NCBI RefSeq assembly: GCF_963921235.1
Contig: NC_086097.1
Coordinates: 29,328,001 to 29,392,000 of the forward strand
Source of the DNA: Mobula hypostoma
Lineage: Eukaryota
DNA: 64,000 nt
Reading direction: 5' to 3'
Shown in pieces: positions 1 through 13,340 of the stretch (position 1 is the stretch's first letter; every line of letters starts with the position of its first letter). The notes under the pieces are model-generated. The model made no database searches and was not told the DNA's origin. It saw only the letters and a list, made by a program, of their open reading frames with translations. A program made the position numbers and the translations under genes.

Positions 1-1239
1 CATCTCAGGATCTCCATACCTTCCGCCTAGGCTTGTGATGATGATCACCATAACCCGTTGTCCTTCGAGACAGATGGATGCCAACCAACCAATGTGTGTA
101 CAGCTGAATGATAATAAATTGAATTTTAACTTGAACTTGAATCATAGTGTAGGTTAAAAGGTTGGTGCACCATTGTGGGCCGAAGGACCTGTATTGTGTT
201 GTACTGTTCTACGTTCTATAATTAGACAGTCTGTCTTATGAAGAATGGGGAAGAATGGGGAAAGAGGTAAAGATAGTCACAGAATAAATAATTTAAATTG
301 GTAAATCTGGTAAATTGGTTCAGTGAAGTACAGTGAAAAAGTAGAGCCATGCACACAGATCATTTCATTAAAATCAATGCATTCAGGAAGGAAAAAGAAA
401 ATTAAAAACAGTGCAGAATAAAGTGTTACAGTTACAGAGCAAGTGCAGTGCAGGCAGACAATAAGATGCAAGATCATAATGAGGTAGATTGTGAGGTCAA
501 GAGTCCATCTTACCGTACAAGGAGATGGGCTTATAACAGTGGGACAGTAGTTGTCCTTGAGCCTGGTGGTATGTGCTTTCAGGCTTTTGTATCTTCTGCC
601 CGATGGGAGGGTGATGAAGATAGAATATCCAGGGTGGCTGGGGTATTTGATTATACTGGCTGCTTTACTGAGGCACCCAGACATGTAAGACAGAGTCCAT
701 GGAGGAGAGGCTGGTTTCTGTGATGTGCTGAGCTGTGTTCACATTCTCTGTGCCTTCTTACAGAGGTATGTTCCAAGGTCATTATTAGACCAAAATCAGA
801 TCTCCAGGCACAGGTTGAGGAGAGATGAATAGAAGCTTGGCAAAAGTTTTGAGAAGCGTCTGTACCATTCAATGTTGTGCGAGGTAAATTGTGAGGTTAG
901 GAGTCTGCATTATCATGCTAGGGAACCATTCAATAATGTTATAACAATGGGGTAGAACCAACCCTTGAGCCTGATGGGTACATGCTTTAAGACTTTGTAT
1001 GTGCTGTCCAACAGGAGAGGGAAAAAAGAAAAGATGGTTGAGATAATTTAGGCTGCTTTACTGAGACAGCAGGAAGTGTAGACGAAGTCTATGGAGAGGA
1101 GGCTGCTTCTTCTGTCCACTGGGAGTGGGGCGGAGAGAGAATGCCTTGGGTGGGAGGTGTCTTTGATTATGTTGGTATATTTACAAGAGTGAGGTTCGAA
1201 AGAAATTTAATACAAGTTAGCAGTGGTTTGCTCCTAAAG

Positions 1240-2321
1240 AAGGTAAGTTTGCAAATAAATATGGAAAATGAGAAGACAGCAGATGAATTAAAGAGATGTT
1301 TTGCTCTATTAAATTGGAAAATAACAAATATAATTCCTTCGGGAGGGAAACAGAAAGCAGGAAATTACAGGTCAGTTAGCTGAACATCTGCCACAAAGAA
1401 ATGTTAGAATCCATTATTAAATATTTTATAGCAGGGCACTTTGAAAATTGTAAGATGATCAGGAAAAGTCGACATAACTTTATGAAAGAGAAATCATAAT
1501 TTATTGGAGTCCTTTGCAGAAATTACCCATACTGTGGGTAAAGGGGAGCCAGTGGATGTACTAAGAGAAGGTGCAGGGAAGATTTACCAGGAAGCTGTCT
1601 GGATTAGGGAGCATACCCTTTGAGGAAAGGCTGAGTGAACTAGTGTTTTTCTCTTTGTATTGAAAGAAGATGAGAGCAACATAGAACACTACAGCACAGT
1701 ACAGGGCTTTCAGGCCACTGACCTTTTAACCTACTCTAAGGTCAATTTAACCCTTCCCTCCTGCATAGCTCTGAATTTTCCTATCATCCATGTATCTAAG
1801 AGTCTTTTAAATGCCCCTCTATCTATCTGTACCACTACTCTGGCACATTCCATACACCCAACACACTCTGTATTATATAAAAAAAACTACCTCTGATATC
1901 CTTCCTACACTTTCCTCCAATCACTTAAAATTGTGGTCCCATTTCAGCCCTGGGAAAAAGTCTCTGACTCTTCAATCTATGTACCTTATCATCTTGTACA
2001 CTTCTATCGTCAGCTCTCATCTCCATTCATTCCAAAGGTAACTTGATAGAGGTGTACAAGATGATAAGAGAGATAGATCGAATAGAAGGCTAAACTGGAT
2101 AGTCAGAGGCTGAAATGGCTAGCACGAGAGGGCACAGTTTTAAGGTGCTTGGAAGTAGGTACAAAGGCAATGTCAGGGGTAAGTTTTTTTACACAGTGAG
2201 TGGTGAGTGCGTGGAATGGGCTGCCTGCGGCAGTGGAGGCGGAAATGACAGGGTCTTTTAAGAGATTTCTGGATGGCTACATGGAGCTTAGAAAAATGGA
2301 GGGCTATGGTAAAGCCTAGGT
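1240..2321 (+). mobile_element. Patchwork of CR1 fragments whose 3' end continues at 4875-4950 after the hAT
   Basis: GNYRSVS-like RT relic. The CR1 3' UTR gggctatggtaaagcctaggt|agttctaag is split by the hAT. Confidence 0.7.
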
Positions 2322-4874
2322 CAAGGGTGGCCAACCTTTTACATTCCATGCATCAATTTTTACACGCACAATTTCAGATGCGCCATACAACTCTTTCACC
2401 CCCATTCAATTCTTGTAAAATATGTTAATATTGATTTAATACAAAAACACGATAAACATTATTTACCTTAATGAGACTTTTGAGTCTGTTTTGATTTCGC
2501 CAAGCTTTTAATATTTGGAGTTAAATTAGTTACTGAGGGCAGCAGAGAATTCTTCAAATTTGAATCAGTCAATCGCGACTTCATTTTGTTTTTAATCAAT
2601 TTCATGGCTGAAAATGCTTGTTCACATCCATACGTTGTTCCAAAACAACAGATATAACTCTGGGCAAATTTTCTTAGTTCTGGAAAATGTTCACAGGGTA
2701 ATGATTGTCAGAAATTAATCATGTCAGAAGCATTTGGGACTGAGGGAAGCTCGTCAAATTTCATGTTCAATGATGAATTTGTTTTCAAGTCAATAAGTTC
2801 CATTTGTATGTAACTAGGCATCTTCATGATTTTTTGTTCACTAAGTGAAAGTGGGTTTATAAATGCAAGTATGCAGTCTTCTTCAGCAAAAATCACGAAA
2901 ATGACTTTCAAATGACTCTTGCAATAACCTGATTTTTTCAATATATTTTGTAAAATTGCCATTATCTTCAGCACATTCACTCTGCTCTTTTACGTGCAGA
3001 AACTGGCTCAAATCCTCATTTTCTAGCTGAGAGGTGAAGAGTTTTAACTTCATCTTGAATACATTGATATCATTTACTAAGCTAGGAAACAATTTGTTCT
3101 TGCCCTGGAGTTTCAAATTTAGATCACTGAAATGGCTGGTAACATCAACCAAAAATGCTAAATCAAATAGCCAATTGTTATCACATAAGAGGGCTCTTTT
3201 CTCAGGCAGCTCATTTTTCTCTCTAGAAAATTATGAACAGTATTTTTTCAGTTTTCAAGATCTGCTCAGAACCTGCCCTCTACAAAGCCAGCACACCTCA
3301 CAATGAAGGACGAGATCGCCATATTCCAAATCTAACATTTCACAATATTCTCTGAATTTTCGTCTGTTTAATCCTCTTGCTCTAATTTTATTCACGCATT
3401 TCACAACCAGTAACATAACACGCTGCAAATTTAAAGTTTTTCCACACAGTGACTCTTGGTGTACAATGCAGTGATATTTTAGTAGAGGACGACCAAAAAA
3501 GTTTTCGAGCAAAGTTGTAGTCCCAACGGCTTTACCTATCATTGACGGCGCTCCGTCAGTACAAATATCGACGAGTTTACTAGAATCTAGTTGCAGATTT
3601 TCGAGGCATGACCTTACTTTGTCAAATATGTCTGATCCTTTTGCTTTTCCATGAAGTGACTCGACCGATAAGTTCTTCAAAGACGCTAAAATTATCATCA
3701 ATTCCTCTTATAAAAATGCTTAACTGGGCTACATCACATACGTCAGCAGATTCCTCCAAAGTTAAAGAAAAGAAAGTACAAGCATGGACAAGGCCTTTCA
3801 GTTGCTCAGATACATCGTGACAAAGTTCTTCGGTGCGTCTCATAACTGCTTGCTTTGACAGAGCAATTTCGTCTACTTTCCTTTCGATATTTTTATCACC
3901 AAGACATCTTGCAAATATTTGGAGACAAGGCTTAACAATTTCTTCTCCATCAGAGAAAGACTTCCGTTTTTTGGCCAACGCTTAAAGCAATTTTGTAGGA
4001 CGCTTCTGTCATCGCCAAATTTTCACAACTTCTTCGAACAAATATATTTTGTCTTCTTTTGATTTCTTCCTTTTTCTTAATCACATATTCTTTCCGTAAC
4101 TCAGACCCAAGCACTAGCTTCAGTTTTCCTTCTATTTCAGTCTGATGTTGTGTTTTATAGTGTCTATTAAGATCATGTCTTCTATTATGTGAGAAAGCGT
4201 TTTCACAAACAATGCACAACGATTTTCCTGTTGGACCTGCTGTAAACAAGAACTCATTTTCCCACTGTTCATTGAATTCACGCTTACCATCACTTTCTGA
4301 TTTTCTTTTGCTCATTTTCCTATGGAACTGTGGTGGATAACTGAATATAAAAACAAGGCTTAATTTTCAAAAAAGTACAAAACTGCAAATGTTCACAAAG
4401 GATGAACAAAGCATAACTCAATACCACACAAGTGTCAATTGTAAACTGACTGGCAAAAACCTGCAACGCACCGCTGGTGCAGACGCCTGGCGCCTCAGAA
4501 TCAAACAAGTATCAAACATGTATTGAACAGTTATGGAATGAATGCAGAACAAAAGTTGAACTCATTGAACATTTTTTAATAATTGAAAACAGATTAATGT
4601 GAAAGAAGATAACATTCGCCAAAAGATGTGCATGAAATAATAAAATCGCTAAAAATAATTGCTAAGTTTTAGATTTATGCTCAGTAAAACCCATTTCTAG
4701 CTCTGAGCTACTTGAAATCCTGTTATAGATTTTTTTTCTACAAATCGGTTTTTGGTTAATACTTTTTGCATGAGCAGGCTTACTTTTTTATTATCATCGC
4801 TGGGGTGCCATGCGCCACTTCTAATCATCCAATTTACCACTATTGGCGCATGCGCCATAGGTTGGCCATCCCTA
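2322..4874 (-). mobile_element. Full-length Buster/Charlie-group hAT DNA transposon (GTF2IRD2/SPIN-like transposase, frameshifted)
   Basis: TIRs CAAGGGTGGCCAACC / GGTTGGCCATCCCTA and a perfect 8-bp TSD GCCTAGGT (2314-2321, 4875-4882; nnnTAnnn). Transposase fragments 4315 down to ~2480: REFNEQWENEFLF, ESADVCDVAQLSIFIRG, CTDGAPSMIG, HCIVHQESLC. Inserted into a CR1 3' UTR. Confidence 0.95.
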
Positions 4875-5401
4875 GCCTAGGTAGTTCTAAGCTAGAGGCA
4901 TGTTCAACACAGCTTTGTGGGCCGAAGGGCCTATATTGTGCTGTATGTTTAGTATGCTTCTAAATACTTTTTTCCCAGGGTGGAAATGGTTAATAGAAGA
5001 GGGCATGACTGTAAGGTGCTTGGATGAAAGTACAGGGAGATTTTTTTTTAAACATAGAGAGTGGAACACACTGCCAGGGATGGTGGTAGAGGCAGATATA
5101 TTAGAGATTTTCAAGAGACTCTTAGATAGGCATGTGGATGGAAGGCTATGGGGGAGGGAAGGGTTAGATTGATCTTGGAACAGGTTAAATGGTAGGCACA
5201 CCATCATGGTCTGAAAGTCCTGTACTATGTAGTAGTGTTCCATGTATACTCAGATTTCTGGAATGCAATTGATCAGGCGCTGCATAATAATGCAATCGCA
5301 CAGCACGGAAATAGGCCCTTTGACACAACTGGTCTGTGCTGAACAAGATGTTCACCTGAGGCAGAACCACTTGCCATCGTATGACCCATATACCTCTAAA
5401 T

Positions 5402-5481
5402 CAGGGGTTCCCAACCTGGAGTCCACAGACCCTTTACTTAATGGTATTGGTCCATGGCATATAAAAGGTTGGGAACCCCTC
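5402..5481. mobile_element. 80-bp hAT MITE (Charlie/MER5-like)
   Basis: TIRs CAGGGGTTCCCAACCT / AGGTTGGGAACCCCTC and 8-bp TSD CTCTAAAT / TTCTAAAT. Confidence 0.88.
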
Positions 5482-6607
5482 TTCTAAATCATTGCCATCT
5501 GTATGGTGGTCCAATACTCATTACTGCCATCAGGGAGGTGACACAAGAGCTTGAAGATCCACACTCAGTAATTTAGGAACAGCTCCTCCTCTGTCATCGT
5601 CAGATTTCAGATTGGCCCATGAACTTTTCAACATTCCCTCAGTCTTTACCTCCTGTATTTATTCTTACACTTAGTGGAGTTTACGCTTTGCACTATACGG
5701 CTGTCACAAAACAACACATTTCACAACACGTCAGTGATAATAAACCTGATTCTGATATGCTTAGAGAGACCGAACATTTGTGACAGTGCTTTGTCAGGAA
5801 GTGGAAACATGGAAAGAGAGGACAAGGTGGACTCAGATGTAGGAAGGGGACACCAGGAAACTTTACAGCAAAAAGGCTTTGGAGGTGGGTTTGTGGCTTC
5901 CAAGGAATGGACAAGGCTGGGTCCGTCCCTTCATTGCCACTTTCATGATTATTCATGTTAATGTGTCAAGGTGCTGAGCATTTGTGAATGCGGATGTGAA
6001 GCCCTCTCCTATGCCCAAGTCCTCTAACCAGAGCTTCCTTATGGCATCAGTTAATATAGCAAAATTTGCCTGGTCTGACAACTTATATTGTGGATGATGT
6101 GTTGACCCAAAAAAGGCTGATCAGGGATACATTGACTCAAGTCATCTGATAGAGGTGCATATGTTGAGAGCCATAGATTGAATAGATAATTGGGGACTTG
6201 TTCCCAGTGTAGAAAAGGCTAAAACAAGGGGATAAAATTTTAAGGAGTTTGGAGGAAAGCGGGGGAAGAGAGAAGAGGGTGTCAGTGCTCAGTGCTAAGT
6301 TTTTATTTTTAAACACAGGGTGGTGTATGCGTGGAACTCCCTGCTGAGGTGAAAGATTCAGATACATTAGAGGCATTTAAGAGACTCTTAGATAGGCACA
6401 TGTATGGAAGAAAAATGGAAGGTTTTGACATAGGGAAGGGTTAAGATTAATTGCCATGTAGTTTAAAAGTTAGACACAACAGCTTGGGCTGAAGGGCCTG
6501 TACTATGCTGTACTATTCTGTGTCATGCTCTATATTGCACTCAGATACCCTCTAGTGGCTGAAGTCAATGCTGGCATCCTTCAGACATGAATGCTGCTTT
6601 ACTCAGG

Positions 6608-6785
6608 CAATACACACAAAATGCTGGAGGAACTCAGCAAATCAGGCTGCATCTTTGGAGAGGAATAAACAGTCAACGTTTTGGGCTGAGACCCTTCACC
6701 AAGACTTGATGCAGTTGAAACTGTTTATTCCTCTCCATAGGTGCTGCCTGACCTGCTGATTTCCTCCAGCATTTTGCATGTATTG
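6608..6785. mobile_element. Older palindromic PLE 3'-end insertion
   Basis: caatacacacaaaatgctggaggaactcagca...gaggaataaacag is inverted against ctgtttattcctc...tcctccagcattttgcatgtattg. Decayed hammerhead on the minus strand. Confidence 0.78.
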
Positions 6786-6980
6786 TTCCAAATACATTCC
6801 AAATACGCATGGTAAGGGTTAGTAAGTTGTGGGCATGCTATGTTGGCACCAGAAGCATGGTGACACTTGTGGGCTGCCTTCAGCACATCCTCGGACTGCT
6901 TTTTCCCCTTGCTGCAAATGATATATTTCACTGTATGCTTTGTCGTACATATGACAAGTAAACCTATAACAACAAATAAA

Positions 6981-7172
6981 ACTCTTCTTCAGCTTCCAGC
7001 CGGGTATAGCTATTGATTATAACTGATGTTTTGATAACTAGCTCTGCCATTTTCACCAGGGATGAAGATGGCAGAGTTGGTCATTGAAATGCCAGCTATA
7101 TTTGATAACTGTACCCGGCTGGAAGCCCGGGAAGAGTGTATTCGTCATATACACCAGGAAAGCACTAGATCC
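6981..7172. mobile_element. Palindromic 3' end of a probable second PLE family
   Basis: actcttcttcagcttccagccgggta...ctctgccattttca pairs with gatgaagatggcagag...tacccggctggaagcccgggaagagt. Degenerate GATGA...GAAA core. Confidence 0.6.
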
Positions 7173-7744
7173 TTTTTCAAATTTATAATAAACTTGAATT
7201 TCATCCTTGACAGATTTTTTTTTAAACTCTCCATTATGGGAAAGGTTGGGGTGCAAGTTCTACTACTGGAGCTGGGGAGAGAGACAGGAACTCTTGACAA
7301 TCAGTCCAGGAACCAAAAAAATACAAACAATTCCAAAGGTGCTTTTAATGAAGTGGTATCATTCAAACAATGGAAAAGCCAAGACTTGCCGAATTCTTAG
7401 CTCATTCTGCAACTCATCAGCAGCCTATTGAAGGATGCCTTTCCCCAACAACCTCATCCAGCAGGGAGCTGCAAAACATTGACACGTCATAAGACTCAAA
7501 CCCCTGTCTTCACATAGGATTTGCTGACAGAGCTGCGTTACAGTCTGAATGTTGGTTTTAACTACAGGAGTCATGGCTATAATAGTTTTGACAAGAGTCC
7601 AAGACACATAACTAGATGCCATTAAAAACAATGGCAGTCCAAGTTTCAAGGAGCATGGCCCAGACACTACCGTGCTCAACATTCAACTACTCCTCAAGTG
7701 GATGAACAGATGTAGTCATACTGGGGATTGGGAGATGGGAAAAT

Positions 7745-8240
7745 TAGTTTATGGTTGTCACAGGTACTGAGGTATAGTGAAAAACATCTCTCATACACTG
7801 TTCATACAGATCAATTCATTACAACAGTGGATTGAGGTAGCAAAGGAAAAACAATAACAATGTAAAATAAAGTGTTATAGTTATAGAGAAAGTGTAGTGT
7901 AGGCAAAAATAATAAAATTATGAGTTGAGACTGAGGTCCAGTCCTTTTCATAATAAGTAACTGTTCAATGGTCTTATAACAGTAGGGTAGAAAGTTGTCC
8001 TTGAGCCTGGTCGTATGTGTTTCAGGCTTTTGCATTTTCTGACCAACAGGAGGAGGGAGAATGTCTGGAGTTTTTGATTATGCTGGAGGCTTTACAGAGG
8101 CAGTGGGTAGTGTAGAATCCATGGAGGGGAGGCTGGCTTCTAGGATATGCTGAGCTGCATCCACAACTCTCTGCAGTTTCTTGTGGTCATGGACCATAAC
8201 AAGCCACATTGCATCTGGATAGAATACTGAGAGAGAGCGC
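7745..8240 (-). mobile_element. Rex1-like LINE 3' end (similar relics at ~300-1180 and 29210-29560)
   Basis: HTTRLKDNF motif and the shared 3' UTR. Confidence 0.65.
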
Positions 8241-8264
8241 TTTCTCAGCTGTGGCATCAAAACG

Positions 8265-9212
8265 ATTGGACAAGAGCAAGATATTGATGATGTTGCTGAC
8301 GATACGAAGATAGGTGGAGGGGCCAGTAGTGCTGAGAAAACAGAGTCTGCAGAGAGACTTCGATAGATTGGAAGAATGGGCAAGGAAGTGGCAAATGAAA
8401 TACAATGTTGGAAAGTGGATGGTTATGCACTTTGGCAGAAGGAATAAACGGGCAGACTATTATTTAAATGGGGAAAGAATTCAAAGTTCTGAGATGCAAC
8501 GGGACTTGGGAGTCCTCGTACAGGATACCCTTAAGGTTAACCTCCAGGTTGAGTCGGTGGTGAAGAAGACAAATGCAATGTTGGCATTCATTTCTAGAGG
8601 AATAGAGTATAGGAGCAGGGATGTGATGTTGAGGCTCTATAAGGCACTGGTGAGACATCACTTGGAGTACTGTGGGCAGTTTTGGTCTCCTTATTTAAGA
8701 AAGGATGTGCTGACGTTGGAGAGGGTACAGAGAAAATTCACTAGAACGATTCTGGGAATGAGAGGGTTAACATTATGAGGAACATTTGTCTGCTCTTGGA
8801 CTGCATTCCTTGGAGTTTAGAAGAATGAAGGGAGACCTCATAGAAACATTTTGAATGTTGAATGGCATGGACAGAGTAGATGTGGCAAAGTTGTTTCCCA
8901 TGATGGGGGAGTCTAGTACGAGAGGGCATGACTTAAGGATTGAAGGGCGCCCATTCAGAACAGAAATGCGAAGAAATTTTTTTAGTCAGAGGGTGGTGAA
9001 TCTATGGAATTTGTTGCCATGGGCAGCAGTGGAGGCCAAGTCATTGGGTGTATTTAAGGCAGAGATTGATAGGTATCTGAGTAGCCAGGGTTATGGTGAG
9101 AAGGCGGGGGAGTGGGACTAGATGGGAGAATGGATCAGCTCATAATAAAATGGTGGAGCAGACTCAATGGGCCGCATGGCCAACTTCTGATCCTTTGTCT
9201 TATGGTCTTATG
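8265..9212 (+). mobile_element. CR1 LINE 3' fragment
   Basis: LQRDFDRLEEWARKWQM, LYKALVRHHLEYC, RRNFFSQRVVNLWN and a tcttatgg tail. Confidence 0.9.
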
Positions 9213-10334
9213 TTCACACTAGGGGACTTGAATCTCCCAACCCTCTTGGCCTTAGCACTGTACATGCAAACAGAAGCACATGTACTACACCCCAGATTCC
9301 TGAACTTAATGAAGAATAGTTTTATCACAACTAGGGGATTTCTTGAGGTTCTTTGCTTAAACATCAACTGCCCATTTCCCTCCACAGATGCTGCCTGACC
9401 CTCTAATAGCTTGTTTCCTTTTGCTCAAGATCTGTCCAACTTAATAGGAAGGATGCAGGTGCAGTAACTTAGGAGTGTGAAATGAGCACTAAGTTGCAGA
9501 TCAAACTTGGAGGCCAGAGGTCGCAGGGAACTAAATGAAGGTGCCTCTCCACTGTGGAACTGGCTGACCTTACAGTAACTGTGAGATGAGTCCACATCTC
9601 TGAGGATTGTCACCTTGTCATAGTGGAGTGGCCTGTGATCCCAGTGCCTTTTGGAGCTCATCTCCTGGCAGGGCAACACACAGTGGAAAGGTCAAGGGGA
9701 AGGATCCAACCAAGATCTCAACGGTGGAAGACAATAACACATCACAATGGCAGAGGTGGAGGAAGATTGCAGTAGTGAAGGCTCCCTGTTGTCTTGCAAT
9801 CTATACCACTGGACCCTGACCACAATCTTTCAAGGACCATGTGGTGGCTGCCCGTGCATCAGCCTCCCTATATTAAACAGTCATGCACAGGCATTCTCTA
9901 TTAAGAGAAAATAACCACTTGGGAGAACATAGTGCTTGACTGAAGAGATCACACTGCTGCAATTAACCAACTGATTTCAAGCCAAAATGATTTATTGGGT
10001 TTCTGACACCACAAAGCCCAACAAAGTGGCCTATTAATGACAGAACTCAAAGCCATCACCCAACTGGCTTCATCATTCTCAGATATTCTTTCCAGATGTG
10101 TAACCATTCATAGACAGATACAAGGTATTCCATAATCTTTGGGTAGGCTTCTTTACCAATGTGGGCCTTCGTTAACATTTTGGAGCCATTAATTTCAGCT
10201 GATTTCCAGCCCTTCAGATCCTCTTGGATTTAACAATCAGAGAAAAAGCAATTCAATGGCATTGCCATTTCCGAATCTCTCACTATGAACATTTTGGAGT
10301 TCACCATTAACAGTAAAAAAAAAGTAGAAATTTA

Positions 10335-10920
10335 ATCAGACTTGGGAGTCCTAGTGCAGTACTCCCTAAAGGTTAACTTGTAGGTCGGGTCAGGATATGA
10401 TGCTGAGGTTATACAGGGCATTGTTCAGGCTGCATGTGGAATATTGTGAGCAGTTTTGGGCTCCATTTCTAAGGAAGGATGTTATGGCATTGGAGAGGGT
10501 CCAGAGGAGACTCATAAGAATGATCTAGGAATGAAAGGGTTTACACCTGAGAGAGTTTCATGGCTCTGGGTCCATACTTGCTTAAGTTTAGAAGTATGAG
10601 GATTCTCATTGAAACCTACCAAATATTGAAAGGCCTAGATAGAGTGAATGTGCAGAAGATATTTTCAATATTGGAGGAGTCTAGGACCAGAACTAAAGTA
10701 CGTCCCTTTAGATCAGAGATGAGGAATTTCTTCAGCCAGAAGGTGGCGAATCTGTGGTATATTTAAAGCAGAGGTTAATATCTACTTAATTACCAAGGGT
10801 GTCAAAAGTTACAGGGTGAAGGCTAGAGAATGGGATTAAGAAGGAAAATAAATCAGCCACAAGCAAATGGTGAAGCACCAATGGGCCGAATGGTTTAATT
10901 ATGATCCTACCTTATGGTCT
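10335..10920 (+). mobile_element. Degenerate CR1 3' fragment
   Basis: ETYQILKGLDRV, MRNFFSQKVANLW. Confidence 0.8.
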
Positions 10921-11619
10921 TGGATCAATGCAGGTAACACTTGATATCTTGAAGCAAATGATTCACAACAGCAACCTGTGTTTTTTTTAAATCTACAAAA
11001 AGGAGTGCAATACCCATGATTGCAGCTCCCACAAAAACACTTGAATAATGCCCTACTCACCACCAGAGCTCCACGCAGCCTTCGTGTTCACTGCAGCTAC
11101 CCGATCATCTTACAAGCCTGACACACTGTACTGGTTGTGAAGGTGGCTCACTACCACCTTTCCAAGAACAATTAAATCCAGATGATAAATGTTGCTCTTG
11201 CCAGTGAAAGCTGTATGCCAAAAAAAGAGAGAAAAAAAACAGCTGACTGGAAAGCTGTTCTTCCTTTGAGAGGCATGCTGTACTTGAAGTATCAGCATAA
11301 AATCACATCAAAATCTTTCTTTATAAAGAGACAAAACAACAAGGGTTCTTAAACTCAGAAGACATGCCAAAAAAGATCACTGAAGAACTATTTCCAGATA
11401 ATTCTCAATCTCTGAGATCTCAGCCCCTCTGGTTATTATAGAATAACAAAAAAATCAGTATTCTTTTTTGTATTCATCTTTATTGGAATTTGGCAGTGTA
11501 AGCATTAGGGAATCCCTAGCCATTTGTGATTCAGATTTACTTATCACATGTACATCGAAACATAGCGAAATGTGACGCTTGCGTTAACAACCAATACACC
11601 CAAGGGCAAGTGGGGGCAT

Positions 11620-11830
11620 CCCATGGCAGTGTAGTGGTTAGCACAATGCTTTACAGTACCAGTGACTTGGGTTCAATTCCTGCCACTGCCCATAAGGAGT
11701 TTGTACATTCTCCCTGTGACCGCGTGGGTTTCCTCCCACGGTCCAAAGATGTAGGTTAATTGGTCATTAGGCTAAGATTAAATTGGGGGATTGCTGGGCA
11801 GTGCAGCTCAAAGGGCTGCTGCATCTCGAT
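11620..11830 (+). mobile_element. tRNA-derived SINE (similar copies at ~28330-28620 and ~61505-61705)
   Basis: A box gtgtagtggttagc, B box ggttcaattcc, body ggagtttgtacattctccctgtgaccgcgtgggtttcctccca. Confidence 0.75.
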
Positions 11831-11832
11831 TA

Positions 11833-12460
11833 CAGGAGAAGATGGCGCGAGGGCAGCACGCGCCGCCACTTCGGTGGTGATGTCTGTTATCTGTCAAGTA
11901 GGGGACCATGCACAATTCTGAATTGATGGAGATGGACGTGAGAGTATGGAGGAACATCTGGAAAACTTCTGAAATGCCCGCTTTGCTGCCGCTGCTACTG
12001 TGTGGTAACCGGAATCTCCGGAGCAGAAGGCCCCAAAATCCTTGGCTTTGCGTATTTCAGCGGCTGGGACGAGGTCGAGGGCGCTCGGGAGGCTGGTTGG
12101 AAGCCGAAGTTTTTGGACAGATGGACTCAAGTGTCGGTTGCTTCCAAGGCATTGGCAAGTTGACAGTGCCTGGAGGTTTATGGCAGGGAGTTTCTACCTT
12201 TTGCCGCCTGCTATTGGGGACTCAGGGACTTTTGAGACTTTATTTACCGTGCCCATGGTTTGTTCTTCATCAAATTATGGTATTTGCTTTGCACTGCTGT
12301 AACTATATGTTATAATTATGTGGTTCTGTCAGTGTTAGTCTTTGGTTTGTCATGTTTTCTGTGATATCACTCCGGAGAAACATTGCATCATTTCTTAATG
12401 CATGTATGCATTTCTAAATGACAATAAAAGAGGACTGAGTGTTCTCATAATCTAATCTAA
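11833..12460 (+). mobile_element. Non-autonomous GC-rich retroelement with an (ATCTA)n tail, nested at the 3' end of a tRNA-SINE
   Basis: Head GGAGAAGATGGCG, tail aaatgacaataaaagaggactgagtgttctcataatctaatctaa. A related copy lies at 32941-33345. Confidence 0.75.
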
Positions 12461-13009
12461 ATAAATGTCACCACACATTCTACTGACAACATAACATGTT
12501 CACAATGCTTGGCAGAAGAAAACAAGCATAAACATTTTCAGTATGTGGACTGCTAGCAGGACTTCACACTGAAGATGAAGTATAAAGTTAATTGCAGGAT
12601 TCTTAGTAGTGTGGAGGAACAGATGAATCTTAGGTCCAAATCCATAGATTTCTCAAAGTTTCCACTCAAGTTCATAGTGTGGTTTAGAAGGCTATATGGT
12701 GTGTTGGCTTTCATTAGTCAGGAGATTGAGTTCAAGACTACAAGGTAATATTGCAGCTCTAGATCTTTGGTTAGATTACACTTGGAATATTGTGTTCAGT
12801 TCCAGTCCCCACATTATAGAAAGGATGTGAAACTTTAGAGGGGGTACAGAGGAAATTTACTAGGATACTGACTGGATTAGAGAGCATGTCTTATGAAGAA
12901 AGGTTGAGGAAGCAAGGTAGATTTTTTTTAAGCAAAGAAGTATGCGAGGTGTAGAAAATTGAGAGGCAAAGCCAGAACTTTTCTTGCAGGGTGGCAAAGG
13001 CCAATACCA

Positions 13010-13340
13010 GTCGGCCTGAAACGTCGACTGCGCCTCTTCCTATAGATGCTGCCTGGCCTGCTGCGTTCACCAGCAACTTTGATGTATGTTGCTGGCATTT
13101 GTTTAAGTTCAGTGGAAGTTAGAAGGAGGTTCTTTTAAAAACCAATAATAGGTCATAAACACCTAGTCTGCAGATGCTGGAAATTATTGTCTGTCCTTTA
13201 TCTTTCCAACCCATCTGGCTTCACCAGAGCTACTCTTTCCCCACCCCCCACCTTTTTTACTCTAATGTCTTCCAGCTTCTTTTCAGTTCTGAAGGGTGTT
13301 GGCCTGAAATGTCGACTATATATTCATTCCCACAGATGTG
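13010..13340 (+). mobile_element. Two short PLE 3'-end fragments
   Basis: tcggcctgaaacgtcgactgcgcctcttcctatagatgctg (13011-13092) and a more decayed copy at ~13170-13340. Confidence 0.7.
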
